Position numbers and translations under genes: made by a program. Below are positions 1-10,167 of a stretch of DNA of 64,000 bases, in pieces. Location: positions 3,659 through 67,658 of the forward strand of contig CALZKB010000010.1 of NCBI GenBank assembly GCA_945787575.1. Direction: 5' to 3'. This stretch comes from Thermoanaerobaculia bacterium. GTDB taxonomy: Bacteria; Acidobacteriota; Thermoanaerobaculia; Multivoradales; JAHEKO01. Within the stretch, counting starts at the first letter, position 1. Every line of letters begins with the position of its first letter. The notes beneath the pieces were generated by a model that searched no databases, was not told the DNA's origin, and saw only the letters and a list, made by a program, of their open reading frames with translations.

Positions 1-1
1 G

Positions 2-655
2 ATTCTGCTGCTCGACGCTCCGATGCCTTCACCCAGGGTGGAGGGACCGATGGTGACTCTGTTGGTCGGAGTAAACGGCGTGGGAAAGACGACGACCGCT
101 GCCAAGCTCGCCGGACGGGCCCGCGACAGAGGCGAACGAGTGCTGCTGGCGGCCGCCGACACCTTTCGCGCGGCGGCGGTGGAGCAGCTGAGTCTGTGGG
201 CGGACCGGCTCGGGGTGGAGATCGTCAAGCAAGGGCACGGCGCCGATCCCGCGGCGGTCGTTTTCGACGCGCTGCAGTCGGCCAAGGCTCGCGGCATCGA
301 CCACGTCATCGTCGACACCGCCGGTCGCCTCCACACCAAGGACAATCTGATGGCCGAGCTCGCCAAGATCAAGCGGGTGATCGATCGTGAATCCTCCGGT
401 TGGCAACAGCGGCGCCTGCTCGTGCTGGACGCGACGACCGGACAGAACGCGGTGAGTCAGGCTCGCGAGTTCGCCAACATCGTCGACCTCGACGGCGTGA
501 TCCTGGCCAAGCTCGACGGCACTGCCAAGGGAGGAGTTGCCGTCGCGATCGCTCGCGAGCTGCGACTGCCGATCGTCTATCTGGGTGTCGGTGAAGGGGT
601 CGAGGACCTGGTGGAATACCGGCCCCGGGAGTTTGCCGCGGCGCTGCTTGGCTGA
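2..655 (+). CDS. ftsY: signal recognition particle receptor FtsY, C-terminal NG (GTPase) part; 5' end lies outside the window
   Basis: The frame is open from the window edge. GVNGVGKTTT P-loop, DTAGR and AKLDGTAKGG SRP-GTPase motifs are present. The protein ends right after the G domain, with no Ffh-type M domain. Confidence 0.93.
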   Translation: MLLLDAPMPSPRVEGPMVTLLVGVNGVGKTTTAAKLAGRARDRGERVLLAAADTFRAAAVEQLSLWADRLGVEIVKQGHGADPAAVVFDALQSAKARGIDHVIVDTAGRLHTKDNLMAELAKIKRVIDRESSGWQQRRLLVLDATTGQNAVSQAREFANIVDLDGVILAKLDGTAKGGVAVAIARELRLPIVYLGVGEGVEDLVEYRPREFAAALLG

Positions 656-657
656 CG

Positions 658-1626
658 ATGGGCAAGAGCACTGCCAGCGAGGATCGGGCGAGAGACGAGG
701 GAGCATCGTCGGCCGGAATTGGCCACCGGCGGGAGGAACCGGGCCGACTGTGGATCGCGCACGAGCCGGTCGCCTGGCCGAGCCCGGAGCAGCCGTGGAC
801 GAACTGGGCCCATCGCACCCTCGGCGGGTCGGGCGTTGGGGCTCTGCCGACGGTCGATTCGAGCTCGGTCGCCGGTCTCCTGTACGTGCCGCCGATCGAG
901 CAGGACCTGGCTCGCGAGCGTGAGGCGTGGATCGAAGGGCTCGCCGCGGAGGGAGTGTCGCTGCTCGTCCAGCGATCGCCCGGCGATGGCGCCGCATCGG
1001 GGACCGGGGCGCTCGATCTCCTGCCATGGCTCTTGAGTGGGGAGCTTCGGGAGCTCGAGACGACCTGCGAGGTCGCCGTCTGGCCCCTGGTGGCGGGAAT
1101 CAGCGACGATCCCGCTCTTTGGGAGACGGGACTCGCCACGCTGGCCGGGGTCGGAGTCACCTCGGTGGTCCCCGTCACCTTGGAGCTCGACGCCAAACAG
1201 CGTCGGATACTCGCCGGGTACACCGGCGAGGACGGGTATCAGGCGCTCTTCCATGGGCCGACTCCCGATGAACGAGCGCTCGCCCGACGGGCCACCTCCC
1301 ACGGTTTCGGGGTCTTCGCGAGATACCCGAACTTCAGGGGATCGGCGCGCCACCGTTTTGCTCGCCTCGCCGCCTGCGAGCTGACTCACACCGGCGTACT
1401 GTGGCTGCGCGTGGGCCGCTCCGAGGTTGGCGGCCAGGAGATGCTGCGGGCCGCTCGTTTCTGTAAAGGCTCGCCGCACGATCTCGAAGCGCTGGCGCGG
1501 GAGGGCAACCTCGACATCGTCCCTTGGCTCACCACCGACGCCCGCCAGGTCATCGAGCATCTCGCCGCCGGTTGTCCTTCAGAGCTGCGACTGCGCCTCG
1601 AAGAGGAGTACCTCGCCGAGCCATGA
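658..1626 (+). CDS. hypothetical protein (no family recognised)
   Basis: 322-codon ORF with strong third-position GC bias in this frame. It begins 3 nt after the ftsY stop and its TGA overlaps the hemW ATG (ATGA at 1623-1626). The true start is uncertain. Confidence 0.5.
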   Translation: MGKSTASEDRARDEGASSAGIGHRREEPGRLWIAHEPVAWPSPEQPWTNWAHRTLGGSGVGALPTVDSSSVAGLLYVPPIEQDLAREREAWIEGLAAEGVSLLVQRSPGDGAASGTGALDLLPWLLSGELRELETTCEVAVWPLVAGISDDPALWETGLATLAGVGVTSVVPVTLELDAKQRRILAGYTGEDGYQALFHGPTPDERALARRATSHGFGVFARYPNFRGSARHRFARLAACELTHTGVLWLRVGRSEVGGQEMLRAARFCKGSPHDLEALAREGNLDIVPWLTTDARQVIEHLAAGCPSELRLRLEEEYLAEP

Positions 1627-2771
1627 GCGCCGACTTGCCAGCAGACCCGCGAGACCGTTTGTTGGGCCTCTACGTCCACTTTCCGTTCTGCCGCACTCGG
1701 TGCCGCTATTGCGACTTCTATCGCGTTGGCGAGAACGCCGGGAAGATTGCTCTCTTCCTCGCTGCTCTCGGGCGCGAGGTCGCAGCGGTACGCGGCGTCG
1801 AAGGTCGAGTCGTCGACTCCATCTTCCTCGGCGGAGGGACTCCCTCCCTGCTCACGCCCCGGCAAGTGACTGACGTCCTCGACGCGCTGGCGGCTCGTTT
1901 CGAGCTGTCCGCCGATTGCGAGATCTCGATCGAGTGCAATCCCTCGGACCTTTCGCTAGCACGTCTCGAGGCATATCGGGCGGCGGGCGTCGGACGCTTG
2001 AGCTTGGGTGTGCAGTCGTTCAACGACCGGGAGCTTCGCCTGTTGGGACGACGTCACGACGGCGATCGTGCGGCGGCGTGCATCGGATGGGCGCTGCAGG
2101 CCGGCTTCGAGCGGGTGAGCCTCGACCTGATGCTGGGCATCCCCGGTCAGAGCGCGGCCGGCTTCCGGAAGACCACCGAGCGGGCGCTCGAGCTCGAGAC
2201 CGACCACCTCAGCGTCTATTTGCTGGAGGTTCATCGTGGCAACGAGATCGACGCGCTGCGGCGCCGCCGCCCGGGCCTCTTCCCTTCCGAGGCGGCGCAG
2301 TGCCGCCGCTACGAGTGGCTGGCCGAACGCTGCGCGACGGCCGGCTTCGAGCACTACGAGATCTCGAACTTCGCTCGCTCCGGAGCACGCAGTCGGCACA
2401 ACCTCAAGTACTGGCGATGCGACGACTACATCGGGTTCGGCCCGTCGGCCCACTCCTGTATGGGGGAGCGCCGCTGGTCGCGGCCGCGCGACCTCGGCGG
2501 CTACCTCGCGGACCCAACGATCGAGGTCACCGAGGAGTCGAACCCCGCCGAGGAGCGCATCTTCCTCGGCTTGCGACTTTCGGACGGCGTAGCGGTCGAG
2601 GAGCTCGCCAAGCAGCTCGGGCTGAGCGCCGATCGCTGCCTGTCCCGGTTGTCCCGCCTGGAGGATTACCTGGAGCTCATCGAGGATCGAGTCCGCTTCA
2701 CGATCCGCGGTTTTCTGGTCTCCAACGCGGTGCTCGCGGAAATTCTCGACTGGCAAGAGGCGATCGCGTGA
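1623..2771 (+). CDS. hemW: radical SAM family heme chaperone HemW / HemN-like oxygen-independent coproporphyrinogen III oxidase family protein
   Basis: [17 protein letters not shown] (CxxxCxxC radical SAM motif), GGGTPS, and a HemN-like C-terminal region. I chose the internal ATG at 1623 because the upstream part of the 1524 ORF overlaps the preceding gene. Confidence 0.85.
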   Translation: MSADLPADPRDRLLGLYVHFPFCRTRCRYCDFYRVGENAGKIALFLAALGREVAAVRGVEGRVVDSIFLGGGTPSLLTPRQVTDVLDALAARFELSADCEISIECNPSDLSLARLEAYRAAGVGRLSLGVQSFNDRELRLLGRRHDGDRAAACIGWALQAGFERVSLDLMLGIPGQSAAGFRKTTERALELETDHLSVYLLEVHRGNEIDALRRRRPGLFPSEAAQCRRYEWLAERCATAGFEHYEISNFARSGARSRHNLKYWRCDDYIGFGPSAHSCMGERRWSRPRDLGGYLADPTIEVTEESNPAEERIFLGLRLSDGVAVEELAKQLGLSADRCLSRLSRLEDYLELIEDRVRFTIRGFLVSNAVLAEILDWQEAIA

Positions 2772-3814
2772 ACGCTTCCGCCGCCGTCGATCTCCGCTCG
2801 GACACCGTGACCCGGCCGACCGACAGCATGCGGCGGGCGATGGCTACGGCCGAGGTCGGGGACGACACGTTCGGTGAGGATCCGACCGTGCGCCGCCTCG
2901 AGGAGATGGCCGCCGAGCTGCTCGGCACCGAAGCCGCACTCTTTGTACCGAGCGGGATCATGGGTAACGAGATCGCCCTTCACCTGTTGGCCCCGGCCGG
3001 CAGCGAGGTGGTGTGCGGAGCGGAAAGCCATCTCATCGAGTGGGAGATGGCCGCCATGGCGGTGCTCTCCGGCCTTCTGCCCAGAGCGATCGCGACGGTC
3101 GATGGCCTGATGGACCCAAGAGGAGTCGAGCGTGGCATCAATCGCGACGAGCGCTACCGCACGCCGACGGGGCTGCTCTCCGTCGAGAACACGGTAAACA
3201 TGGCCGGGGGGAGAGTCTACGATGGCGCGCGGTTGAAGGCGCTGCTCGATGTGGCCCGTCGCCACGGACTTCCGGCACATCTCGATGGCGCCCGGCTATT
3301 CAACGCGGCCGTCGCTCTCGACGTCGACGTTCGTGAATTGAGCCGGGGCTTCGATGCGACTCTCGTCTGCCTTTCCAAGGGGCTGGGCGCCCCCGTGGGC
3401 TCGATGCTCTGCGGCTCGCGAGAGTTCGTCGGAGAAGCGTGGAGGGTTCGCAGAATGCTCGGCGGCGGGATGCGGCAGGCAGGCGTCGTGGCGGCGGCGG
3501 GAATCGAAGCGCTCACCGAGGGTCCGGCCTACCTGGCAGCGGATCACGCACGCGCGCGGAAGCTGGGCGCGCAGCTGGCCGAGCGCCCCGACGTGGGAGT
3601 CGACCCGGAGGCCATCGAGACCAACATCGTCATCTTCGAAGTCGCCGACAGCGCCGCCTGGGTCGAGGCTCTCGCGGCCCGTCGGGTTCGGGCGGTCGCC
3701 ATCGCTCCTGAGCGAGTGCGACTAGTCACCCACCGAGACTTCGACGACTTCGGTCTGGCCGTGGCACTGGACGCGATCGCCGAGATTCCGGCGGGTGTCC
3801 CGATCGAGCGCTGA
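2768..3814 (+). CDS. ltaE: low-specificity L-threonine aldolase
   Basis: [32 protein letters not shown] and [12 protein letters not shown] (PLP-lysine region) are typical of the threonine aldolase family. GTG 2768 overlaps the hemW stop (GTGA). Confidence 0.85.
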   Translation: MNASAAVDLRSDTVTRPTDSMRRAMATAEVGDDTFGEDPTVRRLEEMAAELLGTEAALFVPSGIMGNEIALHLLAPAGSEVVCGAESHLIEWEMAAMAVLSGLLPRAIATVDGLMDPRGVERGINRDERYRTPTGLLSVENTVNMAGGRVYDGARLKALLDVARRHGLPAHLDGARLFNAAVALDVDVRELSRGFDATLVCLSKGLGAPVGSMLCGSREFVGEAWRVRRMLGGGMRQAGVVAAAGIEALTEGPAYLAADHARARKLGAQLAERPDVGVDPEAIETNIVIFEVADSAAWVEALAARRVRAVAIAPERVRLVTHRDFDDFGLAVALDAIAEIPAGVPIER

Positions 3815-3836
3815 CCGCCGACCGAGATCGATCGGG

Positions 3837-6327
3837 TCAGGGAGTCGACAGGGATTCCCTGTCGGCGGTGGAGATCGCCGTCGCGCCGCGTCCGTCCGCG
3901 CCTGTTTCGTCGTTCCAGAAGTAGAGAGTCACGCGGGAGATCGACCCTTCCATCGGCCGCCTGTAGCGGAGGTCGGAAGAGTCGATCGCCACTTCGTCGG
4001 TAGCGACCGTTTCACCCTGCTCGTCGAGGAAGGCGAGAGCGGCGCGTCCGCCCACGGCGTCGGGGGGAAGGTCGGCACGAAGGACGAGCTGGCCGTCCGA
4101 AGACTCGTCACGCACGGCGACCACCGATCGGGGTGCGGCGACCGGCACGGCGGGATCTCCGAGCAGGTTGTAGAGATGGACCGCATCCGGCCGAGCGAGG
4201 GCGCGCTTGGCGAAGAGTAGCGCTTCACCCACGGTTCCTGGGCGTGAGAGGGCTTCGACGAGAAGCTCACTCAGCGCCCGCGGAGGAGCGTTTCTCCAGG
4301 AGGCACCGATGAAACCGATGGCGCCGCGGTCTGGAAGGCGCAAGAAGGCCTCTCCGATGGAATCGGCGCTCGGGTGATCGAACGGCGCCGAATAACAGGC
4401 CACGCTGAGCACGACCGGCAGCCGCACCGAGGGTTCCAGGCTGTCGAGCTCCTCGAGACCGAAAAGGTCGATTTGATCGGAGAGATCCGGTGGAGCCGTC
4501 CGCCAGATGAACCGGCCACCATGCCCGATGAAGTGGGTGAGCAGGGTGCCGTCATTGAGCGCCGTGAGGATCCGACCCCGGTCTTCGGTCGTCGCGATCT
4601 CGCCAGGCAGGATCAGCTGCGGATGGATCCCGGCGAGAGCGAAATCGGCCGCGAGAGTCCGGCTCCGATACTGATGGGAGGCGACGCCGCCGGTGATCCA
4701 CAAGTGACGGCCGCGCCAGGGGCCGAGTGGTGCCTCTTCGATGTAGCGCCGCACCTTGGCAGTGATGGCGCTCACCTCCCCGGGCTCGACGACCGGTAGC
4801 CGGCCCAGCGCGAGATCCGGCAAGTCGTCGTCGCCTTCGACCATGACGAAGTAGGCGTCACTCGCCGCGTGTCCCTCGGAGGTGTGGTAGTTCCAGCTCG
4901 GGATCAGATTGCGGTTGTTGAGGAGCGCCTCGGCGTAGTCGGCGGTCTGCATCGTGCCGAAGCGCTCGCCGCGCCAACTCTCACGGCTTCCCCAGTTGGC
5001 GTAGTTGGCGTCATCCACCGTCGAATTCTTGGTGTCCCAACTGGCATCGCCGACCAGGAGCACGAAGCGGGGGGCGGGAGCCTCCCAGTTGTGGACGGCG
5101 TAAGAGATGAAATCGCGGATCGCATCCGGAGAGACGACACCGGCCCCGAACTCATCGTACACATCTTGAACGTCTAGAACTTCGACGGTGAGGCCGCGAT
5201 CTCGATGCAACTGTCCGAGCTCCTCCGAGGCTTCGACCAACGAGGAATGCGCGATGATCAGGTAGTCGGCCTGCCTCTCGTAGGCTCGCAGATCGCTGGG
5301 GCGGTCGACGTCGATCGCGACCGGCTGCGGGCCACTCCCAATACCCTTCGCCGAACACCCCCACCTTCCCGGCCTCCTCCGGGGTGACCGTGAGCAAGCC
5401 GCCCTCTTGTCCGGGAGGGATCCACCACTGCACGTGGGGTTGAAGCAGTCGCGGGTCGACCTGGAACTCGGCCTCGACCCAGTCGATCATGACGACGTCG
5501 ATGAGCCTCTCCTCCTCGTTCCTTTGAGGCACGACCTCGACCTCGATCCGCGCGAGATCCGAGGCCCCGCCCGCTCGCCGCAAGCCGGACCGCTTCGCGA
5601 GGTACGGAGCTTTGCCGTCCCAGGCGACGGTGCTCACCCGCAGGTCGTCGAACCTGATATCGATCTTGTGATCGGTGAGCCGCGCGCTCTCTTCGAAAAC
5701 TGTGGAACCGGTCGAGAGGCCGCGGACGCCGATGCGAATGGTCCAAGGTCCGATGGCCCGCGCTCCTGGAACGTCGAGCTCGACGGCGAAGGGCTGCTTC
5801 GATCGATGACTGAGCTTGGCCCAGTACCAGAGCTCAGGGTCCTCGCGCGGCTCGATGTCCTTGGCCGCGAGCCGGATGAGGAGCTTGTCCTCCTCGAGGT
5901 GAATCCGGCGCTCCGGCTCGACGAGCGAAGCGCCCACCGCCCCGGCCGAAGCCGGCTCTCGATGGCGGTATCGACGCGCCCGTGTCGCGTCCCATTCGAG
6001 CCAGTAGACGTTGAGAGGAGAATGGGGGTGGTAGTAGGTCGTCCTGCCCGGGAGCACCGTGGCGACGAACTCGAAGAAGTCTCCGGGACCGAATTTGCCG
6101 TCGCCACCGTCGACCACCCTCAGTCTCACCAGGCGATCGGAATGGCGAAGCGCCAGCTCCCGGCTGTCGACTTCGGAGCCCTGCAGACCGGCCGCTTCGA
6201 GGTCTTCCCAGCTCACCCGGTGCACGCCGGCCGTCTCGGTGTAGAGCTTGACCGCCGGAAGATCGGACCCCAGCGCGGCGACCGGCAACAGAAGCAAGCC
6301 GCACACCATCGAACGAGCGCGTCTCAT
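3837..6327 (-). pseudogene. peptidase C25 (gingipain-like) family protein, reading frame interrupted (two frames)
   Basis: The N-terminal part is in the frame of ORF 5152..6327 and carries a signal peptide (MRRARSMVCGLLLLPVAALG). The catalytic part is in the frame of ORF 3837..5240. That frame stays open upstream of its first Met and reads ...GSGPQPVAIDVDRPSDLRAYERQADYLIIAHSSLVEASEEL. C25 His (FIGHGG) and Cys (LSVACYS) motifs are present. The two frames differ by 1 nt and the switch lies around 5300-5365. Confidence 0.7.
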
Positions 6328-6409
6328 CGCGCGCGTAAGCTAGCACGGAGTCGCCCCGCGACCTCAGTTGTCGGGCGATTCTCGAGTTTCTCGATGAGCA
6401 GCTGCACCC

Positions 6410-6435
6410 GGTCGGGCGTGACCTGGCGCCCGACC
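6410..6435 (-). terminator. GC-rich hairpin immediately downstream of ridA stop (possible terminator, no U-tract)
   Basis: GGTCGGGCG (6410-6418) and CGCCCGACC (6427-6435) form a perfect 9-bp inverted repeat with an 8-nt loop, abutting the ridA stop codon at 6436-6438. Confidence 0.3.
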
Positions 6436-6816
6436 TTACTTGGGAATGCGCGCGACCATGTCGATCTCGACGAGCGCTTTCTTGGGCAGGGCGGCGACCT
6501 GTACGGTCGAGCGCGCGGGGCGGTGGGAGCCCATGAAGTCGCCATAGAGTCGATTGAGGACCGCGAAGTCTCCGAGATCGACCAGGTAGATCGTGGCCTT
6601 CACGACGTCGGAAGGAGAGCACCCCCCTTCGGCGAGAACCGCCTTCAGATTGGCCAGTACCTGACGTGCCTGCCCCTCGAAGTCCTCCGCCACCATCTCA
6701 CCGGAAGCGGGGCCGAGCGCCACCTGGCCGGAAGTGAAGAGCCAGTCGTCGACCGCGACGGCCTGTGAATAGGGACCGATCGCCACGGGTGCGTTCTCGG
6801 TGTAATGGAGCTTCAT
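6436..6816 (-). CDS. ridA: RidA family reactive-intermediate (enamine/imine) deaminase
   Basis: MKLHYTENAPVAIGPYSQAV...ARSTVQVAALPKKALVEIDMVA matches the YjgF/RidA fold signature. The ATG at 6816 is preceded by a GGAGGAGG Shine-Dalgarno sequence and overlaps the hpt stop (ATGA). Confidence 0.9.
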   Translation of the reverse strand: MKLHYTENAPVAIGPYSQAVAVDDWLFTSGQVALGPASGEMVAEDFEGQARQVLANLKAVLAEGGCSPSDVVKATIYLVDLGDFAVLNRLYGDFMGSHRPARSTVQVAALPKKALVEIDMVARIPK

Positions 6817-7343
6817 CCTTCCTCCTCCTGAATGACGCCGACGTAGGGCAGGTTGCGAAAACGCTCTGCGAGGTCGAGTCCGTAGCCGACGACGAACGCG
6901 TCGGCAATCTCGAAGCCGGTATAGCGAATCGGTACATCGATCTCTCGGGCAGGCACCTTGTCGAGAAGGGTGCACACGTCGACCGATCGGGCGCCATGTT
7001 CGGTCAGGACGTCGATGACCGCGGCGACGGAGTATCCGGAGTCGATGATGTCCTCGACGAGGAGAACCGGCCGGTCGCCGAAATCGATCTCCGGGCGGCG
7101 CTTGACCTCTAGGCGGCCGCGCACGGAGCCTCGGTAGCTCGAGACCTGCGCGAAGTCGATCTCGACCGGGACCCGCAGACGGCGGACGAGATCGGCGAGG
7201 AAGAACAGCGATCCCTTGAGGACGCCGACGCAGATCAGCGTATCGCTGGTCGTATGGTCGCGATCGATCTCGGCCGCCATCTCAGTCAGGCGAGTGTCGA
7301 TTTCGGCCTGCGAGATGAGGACGTCTATCCGATCCTCGGTCAT
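6813..7343 (-). CDS. hpt: hypoxanthine phosphoribosyltransferase
   Basis: VLLVEDIIDSGYSV PRPP-binding motif, GVLKGSLFFLADL, and a C-terminal GYGLDLAERFRNLPYVGV. I chose the internal ATG at 7343; the longer ORF runs into the lysS region. Confidence 0.9.
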   Translation of the reverse strand: MTEDRIDVLISQAEIDTRLTEMAAEIDRDHTTSDTLICVGVLKGSLFFLADLVRRLRVPVEIDFAQVSSYRGSVRGRLEVKRRPEIDFGDRPVLLVEDIIDSGYSVAAVIDVLTEHGARSVDVCTLLDKVPAREIDVPIRYTGFEIADAFVVGYGLDLAERFRNLPYVGVIQEEEG

Positions 7344-7439
7344 GTGGGTGCGTATGGTAGCAGCCTGCTGATGCGGAGATGAGCGCTCCCAGGCGAACGG
7401 CAATCGGGTATGGTTCGCAACGAAGCGGAGCACGATTCG

Positions 7440-8951
7440 ATGAGTGAGCTGGAAAGCCAGATCGAGAACCGACGGCGCAAGCGCGCCGAGCTCGACGCAG
7501 CCGGCATCGACGCCTACCCGCCGGAGGCCGCCCACGACCTGGAACCGACCGGAGTTCGGGAACGATACGGTGGTCTGAGCGGCGAAGCGCTCGACCAGAC
7601 GCCTGTCGAGCTCGCGGTTCCGGGGCGGGTGAGAGCGTTGCGCAGTCATGGCAAGACCGCCTTCATGGACCTGCACGACGGGCTCGACAAGTTGCAGGTC
7701 ATGGTTCGCCGGCCACAACTGGACGAAGGCTCGGCGACGGTACTGGAGAATGCTGATCTCGGAGACTACGTCTGGGCGCGCGGCCGGATGATGCGAACCC
7801 GGACCGGCGAGCTCACCCTGCTGGCCGAGGAGCTGCGTATGCTCAGCAAGGCGCTCCGGCCGCTACCGGAGAAGTGGCATGGCCTCGCCGACGTCGAAGA
7901 GCGCTACCGGCGGCGTTATCTCGATCTGATCGTCAACCCCGAGACACGGGCAATCTTCGAGATGCGCGCGAAGTTCGTGCAAGGGTTGCGCAACGCCCTC
8001 AATGACCGGGGTTTTCTCGAGGTCGAGACCCCGATGATGCAGCCGCTTCCCGGCGGCGCCGTCGCCAGGCCGTTCGTGACCCACCACAACGCCCTCGACC
8101 TCGAGCTCTATCTCCGGGTGGCGCCCGAGCTCTACCTCAAGCGACTGCTCGTCGGCGGCCTCCATCGGGTCTACGAGATCAACCGCAACTTCCGAAACGA
8201 GGGGGTCTCGACCCAGCACAACCCCGAATTCACGATGCTCGAGTTCTACTGGGCCTACGTCGACTTCCGGCATTTGATGGACTTCACGGAGCAGACCCTC
8301 GCGGGGCTGACCGAGGAGGTCACCGGCGGCACCCAACTGCGCTGGAAGGGGCATGAGCTCGACCTGGCACCTCCTTGGAATCGGATGACGGTCGTCGAAG
8401 CAGCGAGCCACTACTCGGGAACGCCGATCGGACAGCTCGACAGCCTCGAGGGAATCGAGAATGCGCTCGCGGACGCCGGCCTCGAGCGACCGGCCAACCA
8501 CGACTACGGTCACGCCCTGATGGCGCTCTTCGAAGCCACTGCCGAAGGCCACCTGCTGCAGCCGACGTTCATCACGCAGCTTCCGGTCGAAGTCTCTCCG
8601 CTGTCGAAGCAGAACCGAGAGGATCCGAAGTTCACGGATCGCTTCGAGCTCTACATCGGGGGGATGGAGATCGCCAACGCGTTCACCGAGTTGAACGATC
8701 CGGACGTGCAGGCGGCACGGTTCCGCCAGCAGCTCGCGGCGAGGGAGCAAGGCGACGCCGAGGCGCACCGTTTCGACGAAGACTACTTGCGGGCGCTCGA
8801 GCACGGAATGCCGCCGGCGGCCGGCGAGGGGATCGGCATCGATCGCCTCACGATGTTGCTGACCGGCTCCGAGTCCATCCGAGACGTGATCCTCTTTCCG
8901 CTGCTGCGGCCGGAGACGAGGTCCGACGGGCAGGACTCGATCGGTGAGTGA
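7440..8951 (+). CDS. lysS: lysine--tRNA ligase (class II)
   Basis: OB-fold N-domain (GRVRALRSHGKTAFMDLHDG) and class II motifs (FRNEGVSTQHNPEFTMLEFY, GGMEIANAFTELNDP, GIGIDRL). ATG 7440 has GGAG 9 nt upstream. An alternative in-frame ATG lies at 7410. Confidence 0.92.
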   Translation: MSELESQIENRRRKRAELDAAGIDAYPPEAAHDLEPTGVRERYGGLSGEALDQTPVELAVPGRVRALRSHGKTAFMDLHDGLDKLQVMVRRPQLDEGSATVLENADLGDYVWARGRMMRTRTGELTLLAEELRMLSKALRPLPEKWHGLADVEERYRRRYLDLIVNPETRAIFEMRAKFVQGLRNALNDRGFLEVETPMMQPLPGGAVARPFVTHHNALDLELYLRVAPELYLKRLLVGGLHRVYEINRNFRNEGVSTQHNPEFTMLEFYWAYVDFRHLMDFTEQTLAGLTEEVTGGTQLRWKGHELDLAPPWNRMTVVEAASHYSGTPIGQLDSLEGIENALADAGLERPANHDYGHALMALFEATAEGHLLQPTFITQLPVEVSPLSKQNREDPKFTDRFELYIGGMEIANAFTELNDPDVQAARFRQQLAAREQGDAEAHRFDEDYLRALEHGMPPAAGEGIGIDRLTMLLTGSESIRDVILFPLLRPETRSDGQDSIGE

Positions 8952-10167
8952 GGCGGGGACCACACAGCCGTCGCGGCCCGCCAGCCCGACGGCTCTGAGC
9001 TCGGGCTCCCTACCGCTGAGGATCGCCCTGCGTTATCTGAGAAGCACTCGGCGGGACGCGTTCGTCAGCTTTCTCTCGTTGGCCGCCGCCTGCGGCATCG
9101 GTCTGGGGATCGCGGCGCTCATTCTGGCGTTGGCAGCGCTGTCGGGGTTCCAAGGAGCGTTGCGGAGCGAGATCCTCGCGCGCACGCCGGAGATCGCGAT
9201 CTCGCCGCCGCCCGGTGCCGATCCGGTGGCCTTGGCGCGGAGTCTCAAGGCGTTGGAAGGGGTCGCCCACGCGCAGGCGCTCCTGCGCGGGACCGGCTGG
9301 ATACTGCGAGACGGCGCCGCGCGCCCGGTGGAGATGGTGGCCTTCGAAGGTGAGCTTCCGACCCTTTTTCCCGGGGTGAGGCAGCGCGAGCAAGGCCTCT
9401 ACCTCGGCCGGACCCTCGCGCACGATTGGGGGATCGAGCCCGGCGACGTCGTCGAGGTGGTTTCGGCGCGGCCGACGCTGACGCCGATCGGGCCGCAGCC
9501 TCGGGTCCGACGGATTCCGGTCGCCGGCCTGTTCGAGACCGGAAGAACCGAGTACCTCGATCGACTGGCGCTCCCTTGGCGCGAGGGGCAGAGCCTGATC
9601 GGCAATCGCGGGAGCCAGGTGCTCGTGGCCTCGGGAGACCTCGATCAGGTCGACGCCACGGTGGCGCTCGTCGAGCCTCTCTTGCCTGAGGGAGCGACCC
9701 TCGAGACGTGGCGCGAGCTCAACCAAGCGCTCCTCTTCGCCCTCCGCCTGGAGAAGAGCCTCATGTTCCTCGGGATCTTCCTTATCGTCGTGGTGGCGAC
9801 GCTGGCACTCGTCTCGAGTCTGATGTTGATCCTGGCCAGCAAGCGATCGGAGGTCGGCATGCTCCGCGCGATGGGGGCGCCGGCCGGCACCGTGCGGCGG
9901 ATCTTCTTGTGGCTCGCCTGCGTGCTGGCGGGCGCGGGAGCGATCGGCGGGGTGACGCTCGGCTCCTCGCTGGCCTGGGCACTCGATCGTTGGCGGCTGC
10001 TCAGCCTTCCGGATCAGGTCTACTTCCTCGAGTACGTTCCCTTCCAGCTGTCGCTTTCCGATCTCCTGGTCGTCCTCGCGTCGAGCATGCTCCTGGCGGG
10101 CGCCTGCTCGTCGTGGGCCGCGGGGAGGGCGGCCGGACTGGACCCGGTGGAGGCGCTCCGGCGGTGA
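8944..10167 (+). CDS. lolE: lipoprotein-releasing ABC transporter permease (LolC/LolE family, FtsX-like)
   Basis: N-terminal LRIALRYLRSTRRDAFVSFLS TM segment, a large periplasmic domain, and a C-terminal FtsX-type 3-TM bundle. It is followed by the lolD-type ATPase with a GTGA overlap. Confidence 0.72.
   Translation: MSEAGTTQPSRPASPTALSSGSLPLRIALRYLRSTRRDAFVSFLSLAAACGIGLGIAALILALAALSGFQGALRSEILARTPEIAISPPPGADPVALARSLKALEGVAHAQALLRGTGWILRDGAARPVEMVAFEGELPTLFPGVRQREQGLYLGRTLAHDWGIEPGDVVEVVSARPTLTPIGPQPRVRRIPVAGLFETGRTEYLDRLALPWREGQSLIGNRGSQVLVASGDLDQVDATVALVEPLLPEGATLETWRELNQALLFALRLEKSLMFLGIFLIVVVATLALVSSLMLILASKRSEVGMLRAMGAPAGTVRRIFLWLACVLAGAGAIGGVTLGSSLAWALDRWRLLSLPDQVYFLEYVPFQLSLSDLLVVLASSMLLAGACSSWAAGRAAGLDPVEALRR

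Noticed and set aside
1916-2767. Long in-frame N-terminal extensions of real genes in the ORF track: ltaE here, and also 9708..10163 (lolD), 19365..19694 (mtnP), 41119..42333 (tsaE), 48046..48360 (glyQ), 49178..49267 (glyS), 57208..57372 (rnc) and 33701..34243 (glcD-like).
   Set aside because: The extensions overlap the preceding well-supported gene in another frame and translate to low-complexity Arg/Pro/Gly sequence. The conserved protein sequence begins at an internal ATG/GTG positioned at the upstream gene's stop codon.
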